Below are positions 9,391-18,198 of a DNA stretch of 64,000 bases, one piece after another. A model generated the notes under the pieces. It saw only the letters and a program-made list of their open reading frames with translations, was not told where the DNA came from and ran no database searches. The position numbers were made by a program, and so were the translations under genes. Source of the stretch: Thermoanaerobaculia bacterium (lineage in GTDB: Bacteria; Acidobacteriota; Thermoanaerobaculia; Multivoradales; JAGPDF01); contig OY969426.1 in NCBI GenBank assembly GCA_963699245.1, positions 1,048,695-1,112,694 of the forward strand, read 5' to 3'. How positions within the stretch are numbered: position 1 is the stretch's first letter; each line of letters opens with the position of its first letter.

Positions 9391-11234
9391 GCGTCGCGAG
9401 CTCCTCGCGCCGCGAGCGCGCCGGCCTGGCGATTCTCGTCGTCGCGACGATCACGGCGATCGTCGCGCCGATCGTCCACCGCCCCGACCCGATGGCGGTG
9501 GTCACCGCGGCGGACATCTTCGCGCCCCCCTCGGCCCGCCACTGGCTCGGCACCGACGACGCGGGCGCCGACGTCCTCGGCGAGCTCGCCGCCGGCACGC
9601 AGGTCTCGCTGATCGTCGGCTTGTTCGCCTCGATCCTCTCGGTGGTGGTCGGCGGCGGCATCGGCCTCGTCGCCGGCTACGCCGGCGGCCGGGTCGAGGA
9701 CTGGCTGATGCGGCTGACCGACGTGATGCTGGTGCTGCCGGCGCTGCCGCTCGCCATCGTGCTGGTGGCGCTCACCCGGCCGGGGCTGGCCAGCCTGATC
9801 CTCGTCATCGGCCTCGTGAGCTGGACGGGCACGGCGCGGCTCGTGCGTGCGCAGACGCTGGCGATCAAGGAGCGGGCCTTCGTCCGGCGGGCGCGCGCCC
9901 TCGGCGCCTCCGAGACCCGCATCCTCCTGCGCCACGTCCTGCCGCACGTGGTGCCGCTGCTCGCCGCCAACGGCGCGCTGGTCGTCTCGCAGTCGATCCT
10001 CTCCGAGTCGACGCTCTCCTTCCTCGGTCTCGGCGATCCCGACCGGCCGAGCTGGGGAAAGATGCTCAACTTCGCTCTCTCGCGTGGCGCGCTCTCGGGG
10101 GGCGCCTGGTGGGCGCTGGTGGCGCCGGGCGCCGCGATCCTGGTCGTCGTGCTCGGCGCCTCGCTGCTCGGCTTCGGCCTCGAGGAGCGCTGGATGCCGC
10201 GCACGCGCCGCAACCACCTCGCTGCCGGCTCGCGCGGCGCCCGCCCGGCGGCGAGCCCGGAGCCGGATGCCGAGGTTGTGCTCGCGGTCCGCGACCTCTC
10301 GATCGACTACGCGCCGGTCGACGCGCGCCCGGTCGAGGCGGTGCGCGACGTCAGCTTCGAGATCCGCGCCGGCGAGATCGTCGGCCTGGTCGGCGAGAGC
10401 GGCTGCGGCAAGACGACCGTCCTCACCGGCCTGCTCGGCCTCCTGCCGCAGGGCGCCGGCGTCGTCGGCGGCTCGATCCGGCTCGGCGGCCGCGAGCTGG
10501 TCGGCGAGAGCGAACAAGGAATGCTCGAGGTGCGCGGACGCGAGATCGCGCTCGTCTACCAGGGGGCGATGAACGCGCTCAACCCGGTGCTGACGGTCGG
10601 CGCGCAGATCGGCGAGGCGGTGCGCCAGCACGCTCCGCTGCTCGGGCCGGCGTTCGTCGAAGCGCGGGTCGGCGAGCTCCTCGAACGGGTCGGCATCCCG
10701 GCCGATCGCCGCCACCGCTTCCCGCACGAGCTTTCGGGGGGCATGCGCCAGCGCGCCGTGATCGCCATGGCGCTGGCGCCGAGTCCGCGGCTGCTGTGCG
10801 CCGACGAGCCGACGACGGCGCTCGACGTGGTCGTGCAGGCACAGATCCTGGCGCTGCTCGACGAGCTGCGGCGCGAGCTCGATCTCGCCGTGCTGCTGGT
10901 GACCCACGACCTCGGCGTGGTCGCCGAGCTCTGTGACCGGGTCGTCGTCATGTACGGCGGCGTCGTCGCCGAGGCGGCTCCGGTCACCCCGCTCTTCCAC
11001 CGTCCGCTTCACCCCTACACGCGCGAGCTGCTGCGCGCCTTTCCCGACCTCGACCGCCCGGAAGCCGATCTGGTCTCGATTCCGGGCACGCCGCCGCGGC
11101 TCGACCCGCCGCCCCCCGGCTGCCGCTTCGCGCCGCGCTGTCCGCGCGCCGAGGAGCGCTGCCGGATCGACGCGCCGGCCGTTCGCGAGCTCGCTCCCGG
11201 CCATCTCGCCAGCTGCCACTTCGCCGCGCCATGA
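9387..11234 (+). CDS. fused ABC permease (DppC/OppC-like) and ABC ATPase (DppD/OppD-like)
   Basis: 615 aa in one uninterrupted frame. The N-terminal half is a permease (HWLGTDDAGADVL, multiple TM). The C-terminal half has Walker A GESGCGKT, signature LSGGMRQR and Walker B LLCADEPTTALD. Confidence 0.85.
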   Translation: MSVASSSRRERAGLAILVVATITAIVAPIVHRPDPMAVVTAADIFAPPSARHWLGTDDAGADVLGELAAGTQVSLIVGLFASILSVVVGGGIGLVAGYAGGRVEDWLMRLTDVMLVLPALPLAIVLVALTRPGLASLILVIGLVSWTGTARLVRAQTLAIKERAFVRRARALGASETRILLRHVLPHVVPLLAANGALVVSQSILSESTLSFLGLGDPDRPSWGKMLNFALSRGALSGGAWWALVAPGAAILVVVLGASLLGFGLEERWMPRTRRNHLAAGSRGARPAASPEPDAEVVLAVRDLSIDYAPVDARPVEAVRDVSFEIRAGEIVGLVGESGCGKTTVLTGLLGLLPQGAGVVGGSIRLGGRELVGESEQGMLEVRGREIALVYQGAMNALNPVLTVGAQIGEAVRQHAPLLGPAFVEARVGELLERVGIPADRRHRFPHELSGGMRQRAVIAMALAPSPRLLCADEPTTALDVVVQAQILALLDELRRELDLAVLLVTHDLGVVAELCDRVVVMYGGVVAEAAPVTPLFHRPLHPYTRELLRAFPDLDRPEADLVSIPGTPPRLDPPPPGCRFAPRCPRAEERCRIDAPAVRELAPGHLASCHFAAP

Positions 11235-12205
11235 CGAGCCCGCTCCTCACCGTCCGCGTCCTGCGCAAGGTCTATCCGCTCGCCGGCGGGCGCGGCCTGC
11301 GCGCCCTCGACGGCGTCTCGCTCGAGCTGGCCGCCGGCGAGATGCTGGCGCTGGTCGGCGAGAGCGGCTCGGGCAAGTCGACCCTCCTGAACCAGGTGGC
11401 CGGCCTCGAGACGCCGACCGGCGGCGAGATCCGCTTCGACGGCCGCGACCTCGGGGCGATGTCGCCGCGCGAGAGACGCGCGCTGCGACGCGAGATCCAG
11501 GTCGTCTTTCAGGATCCCTACGAGTCGCTCGATCCGCGCGACACCATCGGCGAGATCGTCGCCGAGCCGCTCGACGTGCACGGACTGGCGAAGGACACCG
11601 CTGACCGGCGCGCCCGCGTCGTCGCGGCGCTCGGCGAGGTCGGCCTCGAGCCCGCCGACCGCTTCGTCGACCGCCGCCCGGGCGAGTTGTCGGGCGGCCA
11701 GCGCCAGCGCGTCGCGATCGCCAGCGCTCTCGTCGCGCAGCCGCGCCTCCTGCTCGCCGACGAACCGGTCTCGATGCTCGACGTCAGCGTGCGCGCCGAG
11801 GTGCTCAACCTGCTCGCGCGGCTGCGCCGCGAGCGCGGCATCGCGGTGCTGCTGGTGACCCACGACCTGGCGACGGCGGCCGCGGTCGCCGACCGCATCG
11901 CGGTGCTCTACCTCGGACGGGTGGTCGAGTCCGGGCCGGCGCGCGAGGTGCTCGCGGCGCCGGTGCACCCCTACACGCGCGCGCTCCGCGACGCCAACCC
12001 GGTGGCGGACCCGGCGCGGCGGGCGCGCCGCGAGCTGCTGCGTGGCGAGACGCCCAACGCGGCGGAGATCCCGCCGGGGTGCCGGTTCCGGCCACGCTGC
12101 CCGTCGGCCGTCGAGCGCTGCGCGGCGATCGACCCGCAGCTGGTCGACTGCGGCGCCGGCCGTCGCGCCGCCTGCGTGCTGGTCGCCGGCGAAAAAGAGG
12201 GTTGA
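11231..12205 (+). CDS. ABC transporter ATP-binding protein (DppF/OppF-like)
   Basis: 324 aa. Walker A GESGSGKST, signature LSGGQRQR and Walker B LLLADEPVSMLD are present. Its start overlaps the upstream stop by 4 nt (ATGA). Confidence 0.9.
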   Translation: MTSPLLTVRVLRKVYPLAGGRGLRALDGVSLELAAGEMLALVGESGSGKSTLLNQVAGLETPTGGEIRFDGRDLGAMSPRERRALRREIQVVFQDPYESLDPRDTIGEIVAEPLDVHGLAKDTADRRARVVAALGEVGLEPADRFVDRRPGELSGGQRQRVAIASALVAQPRLLLADEPVSMLDVSVRAEVLNLLARLRRERGIAVLLVTHDLATAAAVADRIAVLYLGRVVESGPAREVLAAPVHPYTRALRDANPVADPARRARRELLRGETPNAAEIPPGCRFRPRCPSAVERCAAIDPQLVDCGAGRRAACVLVAGEKEG

Positions 12206-12212
12206 ACCTCGC

Positions 12213-12992
12213 TCAGTAGCGGGTCTTGCGCTTGCCCATGATCGCCGCGCCGAGCACCCCGAGCAGGTAGAGCGCGATCGTCGGGACGGCGAAGATCGAG
12301 AGATTCACCGCGTCGCCGGTCGGCGTGATCACCGCTGCGATGAAGACGATGATCAGCACCGCCCAGCGGAAGTTGCGCAGCAGGAAGCGCGCCGAGACCA
12401 GCCCGACCCGCGCCGCCAGGGTCAGCGCCAGCGGCAGCTCGAACATCAGGCCGAGGCCGAGCACGATGGTGGTGAGGAACCCGTAGTAGCGGTCCGCGGT
12501 GATGACGGGCTGGAAGTCCCCCGCCATCTCGAGCAGGAACTTCACCGTGAAGGGGAAGGCCACGTAGTAGGCGAAGGCGCCGCCGGCGAGGAAGAAGATC
12601 CAGCCCAGCATCACGAACGGCCCGATCCAGCGCCGCTCCTTGATGTAGAGCCCCGGCGCGACGAACTGCCACGCCTGCCAGAGGAGCAGCGGGAAGGAGA
12701 GGAAGGTCCCGGCGAGCAGCGCGGTCTTGAAATACAGCATGAAGGGGTCGGTGACCCCGAGCACCGCCAGCTTCGAGCCGGCCGGCAGGAAGCGGTAGAT
12801 CGGCGCGGCGAGGAAGCGCAGGATCTCGGGCGCCCAGTTGAGGCAGATCACCACGCCGACGGTGAGACCCAGGAGGCCGCGCAGGATCCGCTTGCGCAGC
12901 TCCTCGAGGTGCTCGAGCAGCGACATGCGCGGCAGATCCTCCGGCGCCTCGGGCGCGGCGGTGCCTCGACGCGGTTGAGCGGAAACCGGCAT
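12213..12992 (-). CDS. tatC: twin-arginine translocase subunit TatC
   Basis: 259 aa with 6 TM. It has the TatC-typical N-terminus (MSLLEHLEELRKRIL) and core. The start at 12992 is 6 nt after the tatA stop. An alternative ATG at 12926 is possible. Confidence 0.9.
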   Translation of the reverse strand: MPVSAQPRRGTAAPEAPEDLPRMSLLEHLEELRKRILRGLLGLTVGVVICLNWAPEILRFLAAPIYRFLPAGSKLAVLGVTDPFMLYFKTALLAGTFLSFPLLLWQAWQFVAPGLYIKERRWIGPFVMLGWIFFLAGGAFAYYVAFPFTVKFLLEMAGDFQPVITADRYYGFLTTIVLGLGLMFELPLALTLAARVGLVSARFLLRNFRWAVLIIVFIAAVITPTGDAVNLSIFAVPTIALYLLGVLGAAIMGKRKTRY

Positions 12993-12998
12993 GCCGCG

Positions 12999-13370
12999 CT
13001 ACGCGGTCGAGCTCGGATCGACGGGGGACTGGCCGCCGGAAGAGGCGGCGGGCGGGGCGGCCTCGGCGGCGGAAGTCGGGACCGGCGCGGCTTCGGAGGC
13101 GGGCGCGGCGGCCGGCACCGCGTTTATCTGAGCCACGACCGGCGCCGGCAGGGCCTGCATCGGCGTCGCCGGCGGCGGCCGGCGGGCCGGCGTCTCGTCG
13201 ACCGCCATCTCGCTCTCGAAGGTTCGCTTGAGATCGTTGGTGGCGCGGCGGAACTCGGCCATTCCCTTGCCGATGGTACGGCCGATCTCGGGCAGCCGCT
13301 TCGGGCCGAACAGCAGCAACGCGAGAACCATGATGACGGCGATTTCGGTGAAGCCCAGGGATCCGAACAC
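12999..13370 (-). CDS. tatA: twin-arginine translocase TatA/TatB-family protein
   Basis: GTG at 13370 is preceded by GGGAGGA. The N-terminus FGSLGFTEIAVIMVLALLLFGPKRLPEIGRTIGKGMAEFR is the canonical TatA/E/B helix-hinge. It is followed by an Ala/Pro-rich tail. 123 aa. Confidence 0.8.
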   Translation of the reverse strand: MFGSLGFTEIAVIMVLALLLFGPKRLPEIGRTIGKGMAEFRRATNDLKRTFESEMAVDETPARRPPPATPMQALPAPVVAQINAVPAAAPASEAAPVPTSAAEAAPPAASSGGQSPVDPSSTA

Positions 13371-13439
13371 GGGTCCTCCCCGCTGCGCATCTTCGTGCCC
13401 CGCGAGGCCGGGAGTCAAGCCGAGCTCCCGCCGGGTCGC

Positions 13440-15071
13440 ATGCTAAAGTTCCGCGCCGTGCGGCGTTCCTGGCGATTCCTGGCCCTCGGCATCCTCGCCG
13501 TCGCCGCCCTGGCGGGCACGGTCGTCGGCGACCGGGTCCTCGCCGTGACCAGCGACACCCGGGACAACCTGCGCCTCTTCACCGACCTGGTCGAGGTCGC
13601 GCGCGCCCGCTACGGGCGCGACGTCAGCTACCGCGACCTGGTCTACGCCGGCGTCAACGGGATGCTGCGCACGCTCGACCCCCACACCAGCTTCCTGCCG
13701 CCCGACGCCCACGCGCAGATGCGGGAGCGCCACCAGGCCAGCTTCTTCGGCCTCGGCATCCTGGTCGGCCTGCGCAACGGGCGCCTGACGGTGATCTCGC
13801 CGATCGAGGGCACGCCGGCGTCGCGGGTCGGCATCCGCGCCGGAGACATCATCCAGTCGATCGAAGGCGAGCCGACCGCGAAGATGGCCGTCGACGACGC
13901 GGTGTCGAAGCTCAAGGGGCCGAAGGGGACCGAGGTCCACATCACCATCGTGCGCCAGGGGCTCCCCGAGCCACTCGAGCTCACCGTGGTGCGCGACGAG
14001 ATCCCGCAGACCACCGTGCGCTACGCCTACATGATCGCGCCCGGCACCGGCTACCTCTCGATCACCGACTTCTCGCGCTCGACCGGCGACGAAGTCGTGC
14101 GCGCCATCGCCAAGCTGCGCGGCGAGGGGATGGAGCGCCTGATCCTCGACCTGCGCAACAACGGCGGCGGCCTGCTCGACCAGGCGATCGCGGTCGCCGA
14201 CCAGTTCGTGCCGCCCGGCAGCGCCATCGTCGAGACCCGCGGCCGCATGCGCGATTCGATGCAGAGCTTCGAGGCCGCCGGCGAGCAGCCGCAGCTCAAC
14301 CTGCCGCTGGTGGTGCTGGTCAACGCCGGCACGGCCTCGGCCTCCGAGATCGTCTCCGGCGCCATCCAGGACCACGACGTCGGCCTGGTCGTCGGCACGC
14401 CGACCTGGGGCAAGGGGCTGGTGCAGACGGTCTACAACCTCTCCTATGGCGCCGGCCTGGCCCTCACCACGGCCAAGTACTACACGCCGTCGGGCCGGCT
14501 CATCCAGCGCGACTATCACTCGTACCTCGACTACGTCGCCCGCACCGACGTCGACGGCAAGGACACGACGCGCCCCGCCGCGCCCCACGAGCAGTTCTCG
14601 ACCGATCTCGGACGCAAGGTCTACGGCGGCGGCGGCATCACTCCCGACGTCGAGATCGAGCCGAAGGAGATCTCTCCCGCCCTGCAGTACCTGATCGGCC
14701 ACTCGGCCTTCTTCCGCTTCGGCGTCGACTTCGGCAACGCGCACCCCGAGATCGACCGCGCCTGGCAACCGGATGCCGCTCTGGTCGAGCAGTTCCGCGC
14801 CTGGCTCGTCGCCGAGAAGCTGCAGACCGAGGAGGAGAGCCGCGCGCTGCTGGCGGACCCCGAGAGCCGCGCCGTCGTCGAGCGCCAGATCCGCGCCGAG
14901 GTGCTCTCGTCGCGCTTCGGCATCGAAGCGGCGCACCAGGTCCAGGCGGGCGGCGACGCCCAGATCCAGACCGCGCTCGGCCTCTTCCCCCGCGCCGCGG
15001 CGCTGCTCGCCGAGCGCAAGAACCTCCCCCGCGCCCCCGAAGTCCGCGCCGCCGAAGGGCTGCGCAACTAG
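13440..15071 (+). CDS. C-terminal processing peptidase, S41 family (Ctp/Prc-like), with PDZ domain
   Basis: 543 aa starting at ATG 13440 (MLKFRAVRRSWRFLALGILAV, signal/anchor). It has a PDZ region (GLGILVGLRNGRLTVISPIEGTPASRVGIRAGDII) and an S41 core (LILDLRNNGGG, VLVNAGTASASEIVSGA, GTPTWGKG). Confidence 0.9.
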   Translation: MLKFRAVRRSWRFLALGILAVAALAGTVVGDRVLAVTSDTRDNLRLFTDLVEVARARYGRDVSYRDLVYAGVNGMLRTLDPHTSFLPPDAHAQMRERHQASFFGLGILVGLRNGRLTVISPIEGTPASRVGIRAGDIIQSIEGEPTAKMAVDDAVSKLKGPKGTEVHITIVRQGLPEPLELTVVRDEIPQTTVRYAYMIAPGTGYLSITDFSRSTGDEVVRAIAKLRGEGMERLILDLRNNGGGLLDQAIAVADQFVPPGSAIVETRGRMRDSMQSFEAAGEQPQLNLPLVVLVNAGTASASEIVSGAIQDHDVGLVVGTPTWGKGLVQTVYNLSYGAGLALTTAKYYTPSGRLIQRDYHSYLDYVARTDVDGKDTTRPAAPHEQFSTDLGRKVYGGGGITPDVEIEPKEISPALQYLIGHSAFFRFGVDFGNAHPEIDRAWQPDAALVEQFRAWLVAEKLQTEEESRALLADPESRAVVERQIRAEVLSSRFGIEAAHQVQAGGDAQIQTALGLFPRAAALLAERKNLPRAPEVRAAEGLRN

Positions 15072-16003
15072 CTGGCCGCCGCTTCTCCGGTCAGGAAGCT
15101 TTTCGCCAGGCGCGGCAGCGCTACCACGTCGTAGCCCCCTTCGAGCACGACCAGCTCCCGGCCGCCGCAATGGCGGGCGGCGAGCTCGGCAAGATCGCAG
15201 CCGGCCGCCGCGAAGCCGGCTTCGGTGACCCGAAGGCCGCCGAGCGGATCCGCGCGCCAGGCGTCGAAGCCCGCCGAGACCACGAGCAGCTCCGGCGCGA
15301 AACGGTCGAGCGCCGGCAGGAGAACCTCGCGCAGCGCGGCGAGCCACTCGGCGTCGCCGCTCCCCGCCGGCAGCGGCGCATTGACCGAGAAGCCCTCGCC
15401 CGCGCCGATGCCGCGCTCGCCGGCGGCGCCCGTCCCCGGATAGAAGGGGAACTGATGCAGACTCGCGTAGAACACATCGGCGCGCCGCTCGAAGATGTGC
15501 TGGCTGCCGTTGCCGTGGTGGACGTCGATGTCGACGATCGCCACCCGCGCGGCGCCGAGCTCGACGCGGGCGCTTTCCGCCGCCACCGCGGCGTGATTGA
15601 AGAAGCAGAAGCCCATCGCGGCGGAGCGCTCGGCGTGATGCCCCGGCGGCCGGACGGCGGCGAAAGCACGCTCCCCCGCCGCCGCGGCCGCGAGCGCGCC
15701 GAGCGCCGCACGGCTGGCGCCCAGCGCGGCGCCGAAACTGGCGCGGGAGATCGGGTTGTCGGGGGTGTCGATCAGGCCGTCGCCGCGCTCGGCGGCGCGC
15801 CGGAAGCGCTCGACATAGCGCGTGTCGTGGACCCGCTCGATCGCCGCCTGCGTCGCCGTGTCGTCCGGCGCGTCGGCCGTCTCCAGCCGGAACCTCGCGT
15901 CGCCGGCGAAGCCGGCGAGCAGCGCGCGCAGCCGCTCCGGTTTCTCCGGGAAGCCCGGCGGCACCTCGTGCCCGAGCGAACGGGGATCGTGGAAGACGCG
16001 CAC
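15068..16003 (-). CDS. histone deacetylase-family protein (acetoin utilisation / acetylpolyamine amidohydrolase-like)
   Basis: 311 aa with a GTG start. HDAC motifs are present: RPPGHHA, DIDVHHGNGSQ, SAGFDA, EGGY. Confidence 0.85.
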   Translation of the reverse strand: MRVFHDPRSLGHEVPPGFPEKPERLRALLAGFAGDARFRLETADAPDDTATQAAIERVHDTRYVERFRRAAERGDGLIDTPDNPISRASFGAALGASRAALGALAAAAAGERAFAAVRPPGHHAERSAAMGFCFFNHAAVAAESARVELGAARVAIVDIDVHHGNGSQHIFERRADVFYASLHQFPFYPGTGAAGERGIGAGEGFSVNAPLPAGSGDAEWLAALREVLLPALDRFAPELLVVSAGFDAWRADPLGGLRVTEAGFAAAGCDLAELAARHCGGRELVVLEGGYDVVALPRLAKSFLTGEAAAS

Positions 16004-16033
16004 GCCGCGAGTCTAGCGGCAGCGCCCGCGCCT

Positions 16034-16699
16034 TCATGCCGCCAGTCCGCCCGGCCGGCGAGGAAAGCGATATCCCTTCGCTTCCAGCCGCCGTCGCACC
16101 CGGAAGAGAAGAGAGTCGATCGCCACCACCGTCCACCGGCGGTCGAGCCTTGACGCGATGTCGCGCGATGCCCACCCTTCCAGCAACCCCCACCGCACGA
16201 TGCGGAGCCGGTCCCGGCAGGCGCGCGCCCCGATCGCTTCGCGGCAGAGTTTCATCAGCTCCGCCAGCTGCTCGCGCGCCAGCAGCCGGCGCTCGGGGCA
16301 ACAACCGCGGCCGGCGTCGAGGCGCGCCTCCTCTTCCCGGTCCAGGGCGCGCAGCTCGGGCGGCCTCCGCTTGCGGGCTCCGGAGGCGCGCAGCAGATCG
16401 ATGGTGACGCTGGCGGCGACGCGATTGAGGTAGGCGCGCGCGGCGCGCTCTTCGGCGCCGTTGAAGCTGGCGAGGGCGCGGCGGTCTCGCGCCAGCAGGC
16501 GGCACCAGACTTCCTGCACGAGGTCGTCGACCAGCTCGGGATCGCGCCTCTCGCCGCAGCAGGCGAGCTCGCGCCGGACCGCGTCGCGCAGTCTCGGCTG
16601 CAGGGTCTCGACCAGGGACTGCCAGGCGGGGTCGCTCGCCGGCGTCGTCGCGCAGTCGGCGACGAGGGCGTTCGTCGAATCCTTGGTGCGGGCTTCCAT
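16034..16699 (-). CDS. RNA polymerase sigma factor, sigma-70 family (ECF-like)
   Basis: 221 aa. A region 2-like segment (DDLVQEVWCRLLARD...AYLNRVAASVTIDLLR) and a region 4-like HTH (WASRDIASRLDRRWTVVAIDSLLFRVRRRL) are present. Confidence 0.75.
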   Translation of the reverse strand: MEARTKDSTNALVADCATTPASDPAWQSLVETLQPRLRDAVRRELACCGERRDPELVDDLVQEVWCRLLARDRRALASFNGAEERAARAYLNRVAASVTIDLLRASGARKRRPPELRALDREEEARLDAGRGCCPERRLLAREQLAELMKLCREAIGARACRDRLRIVRWGLLEGWASRDIASRLDRRWTVVAIDSLLFRVRRRLEAKGYRFPRRPGGLAA

Positions 16700-16733
16700 G
16701 CTCCACTCCGGTTTCTGGAGCGGGGCACCCCCG

Positions 16734-16765
16734 AAAAAAGAAAAGGCCGAGCCAGCGGCTCGGCC
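16734..16765 (-). terminator. hairpin plus T-tract (minus strand), second of two tandem terminator-like elements
   Basis: 9-bp stem GGCCGAGCC/GGCTCGGCC (16745-16753 and 16757-16765) with a 3-nt loop. On the minus strand it is followed by TTTTCTTTTTT (16734-16744). Confidence 0.4.
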
Positions 16766-16819
16766 ACCTTCCGGGACGGCGGGAGACTAGACGACGCGGC
16801 GACCGGATGCAAGCCCGCC

Positions 16820-16849
16820 AAAAACACGAAATCCCGGCAGGGCCGGGAT
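16820..16849 (-). terminator. rho-independent terminator downstream of rpmG
   Basis: 8-bp stem ATCCCGGC/GCCGGGAT (16831-16838 and 16842-16849) with a 3-nt loop. On the minus strand it is followed by TTCGTGTTTTT. Confidence 0.6.
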
Positions 16850-16881
16850 CTCGGTGGCGGAACCGGAGCGCGCGGCGCCGG

Positions 16882-17037
16882 TCAGCGCAGCTTCTCTTCG
16901 ACGAACTCCACGTGCTTGCGCACCTTGGGGTCGTACTTCATCATCTTGAGCTTCTCGCTCGAGGTCTTCTTGTTCTTCGTCGTCGTGTAGAAGTAGCCGG
17001 TTCCGGCCGACGAAACGAGCTTGATCTTGTCGCGCAT
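16882..17037 (-). CDS. rpmG: 50S ribosomal protein L33
   Basis: 51-aa ORF, below the ORF-track cutoff: [51 protein letters not shown]. This is typical L33 sequence. GGAGAGAG lies upstream. Confidence 0.9.
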   Translation of the reverse strand: MRDKIKLVSSAGTGYFYTTTKNKKTSSEKLKMMKYDPKVRKHVEFVEEKLR

Positions 17038-17091
17038 GATTTCTCTCTCCGGTGCGGCGGCCCCGGGGGGCCGCTTCGAGGCAGATGCGAC

Positions 17092-17168
<77 letters not shown>

Positions 17169-17207
17169 GCGGGGATACTGCGATTGGCCTCGGCTGCGGG
17201 CCTCCCG

Positions 17208-17282
17208 TGGTGGGAGGTGAGGGATTCGAACCTTCGACCCCCTGCGTGTAAGGCAGGTGCTCTACCGCTGAGCTAACCTCCC
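17208..17282 (-). tRNA. tRNA-Val (TAC)
   Basis: 75-nt cloverleaf on the minus strand: GGGAGGTTAGCTCAGCGGTAGAGCACCTGCCTTACACGCAGGGGGTCGAAGGTTCGAATCCCTCACCTCCCACCA. The anticodon loop is CTTACAC. CCA is encoded. Confidence 0.9.
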
Positions 17283-17395
17283 TCGCCCGAGCCGGCGAAT
17301 CCTATGGGACGCCGGTCGCCCGAGTCAAACCCGCGCTGGACAGCGGCCAGCCGCTTGGCGAGAATGGCCGCGATCCTTCGAAAGGAGCCCCACCC

Positions 17396-18004
17396 GTGTT
17401 CGAACTCCCGAAGCTGCCCTACGCCTACGACGCGCTCGAGCCCCATCTCGACGCCCGCACGATGGAGATCCACCACACCAAGCACCACCAGGCCTACGTC
17501 GACAACCTGAACAAGGCGGTCGCCGCGACGCCGGAGCTCAACGGCCATTCGGTCGAGCAGATGCTGCGCGGCATCGCCAGCGTGCCGGACGCCGTCCGCA
17601 ACGTGGTCAGGAACCACGGCGGCGGCCACCACAATCACTCGCTCTTCTGGAACATCATGGGCCCGGGCGGCGGCGGCGAGCCGCAGGGAGCGCTGGCGAC
17701 CGAGATCGCGTCGACGTTCGGAGCTTTCTCGACCCTGCAGGAGAAGCTCTCGGCCGCGGCCGTCGGCCAGTTCGGATCCGGGTGGGGTTGGCTGGTGGTC
17801 GCCGACGGCAAGCTCGAGATCCTCGCGCGCCCCAACCAGGACAGCCCGCTGATGGAAGGAAAGACTCCGATCCTCGGCGTCGACGTCTGGGAGCACGCCT
17901 ACTACCTGCACTACCAGAACCGCCGCGCCGACTACGTCAAGGCGTGGTGGAACGCCGTCCGCTGGGACAAGGTGGCCGAGCTGCGCGCCGCCGCCCGCGG
18001 CTGA
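17396..18004 (+). CDS. superoxide dismutase [Fe/Mn]
   Basis: 202 aa. The GTG start is preceded by AAAGGAG. The sequence is canonical: [34 protein letters not shown] ... [19 protein letters not shown]. Confidence 0.95.
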   Translation: MFELPKLPYAYDALEPHLDARTMEIHHTKHHQAYVDNLNKAVAATPELNGHSVEQMLRGIASVPDAVRNVVRNHGGGHHNHSLFWNIMGPGGGGEPQGALATEIASTFGAFSTLQEKLSAAAVGQFGSGWGWLVVADGKLEILARPNQDSPLMEGKTPILGVDVWEHAYYLHYQNRRADYVKAWWNAVRWDKVAELRAAARG

Positions 18005-18022
18005 CGCGTTCTCTTCTAGTAA

Positions 18023-18061
18023 GATTCCGCCTCCGCCAGCCCTGCCGGCGGAGGCGGAATC
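18023..18061 (+). terminator. strong hairpin after the SOD gene (no U-tract)
   Basis: 15-bp perfect stem GATTCCGCCTCCGCC / GGCGGAGGCGGAATC (18023-18037 and 18047-18061) with a 9-nt loop. It begins 19 nt after the SOD stop and ends 8 nt before the tRNA. Confidence 0.45.
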
Positions 18062-18068
18062 CCCCCGA

Positions 18069-18144
18069 GGCGGTGTAGCTCAGTGGTTAGAGCGAGCGAC
18101 TCATAATCGCTAGGTCGGTGGTTCGATCCCACCCACCGCTACCA
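18069..18144 (+). tRNA. tRNA with CAT anticodon (elongator Met or lysidine-modified Ile2)
   Basis: 76 nt: GGCGGTGTAGCTCAGTGGTTAGAGCGAGCGACTCATAATCGCTAGGTCGGTGGTTCGATCCCACCCACCGCTACCA. The anticodon loop is CTCATAA. It is not initiator-like because the anticodon stem lacks the three G-C pairs. Confidence 0.9.
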
Positions 18145-18198
18145 GGTTTCTCCGCGCCCGCCTTCAGCCTCGTCGTCGCGCTCGCCGAGGAGAGTGGT

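Noticed and set aside
13443-16706. 1087-aa minus-strand ORF spanning the Ctp, HDAC and sigma-factor region
   Set aside because: Its composition is extreme in Arg/Ala/Gly/Pro, and most of it is antisense or out of frame to genes with clear homology. Long open alternative frames are expected at about 70% G+C because stop codons are AT-rich.
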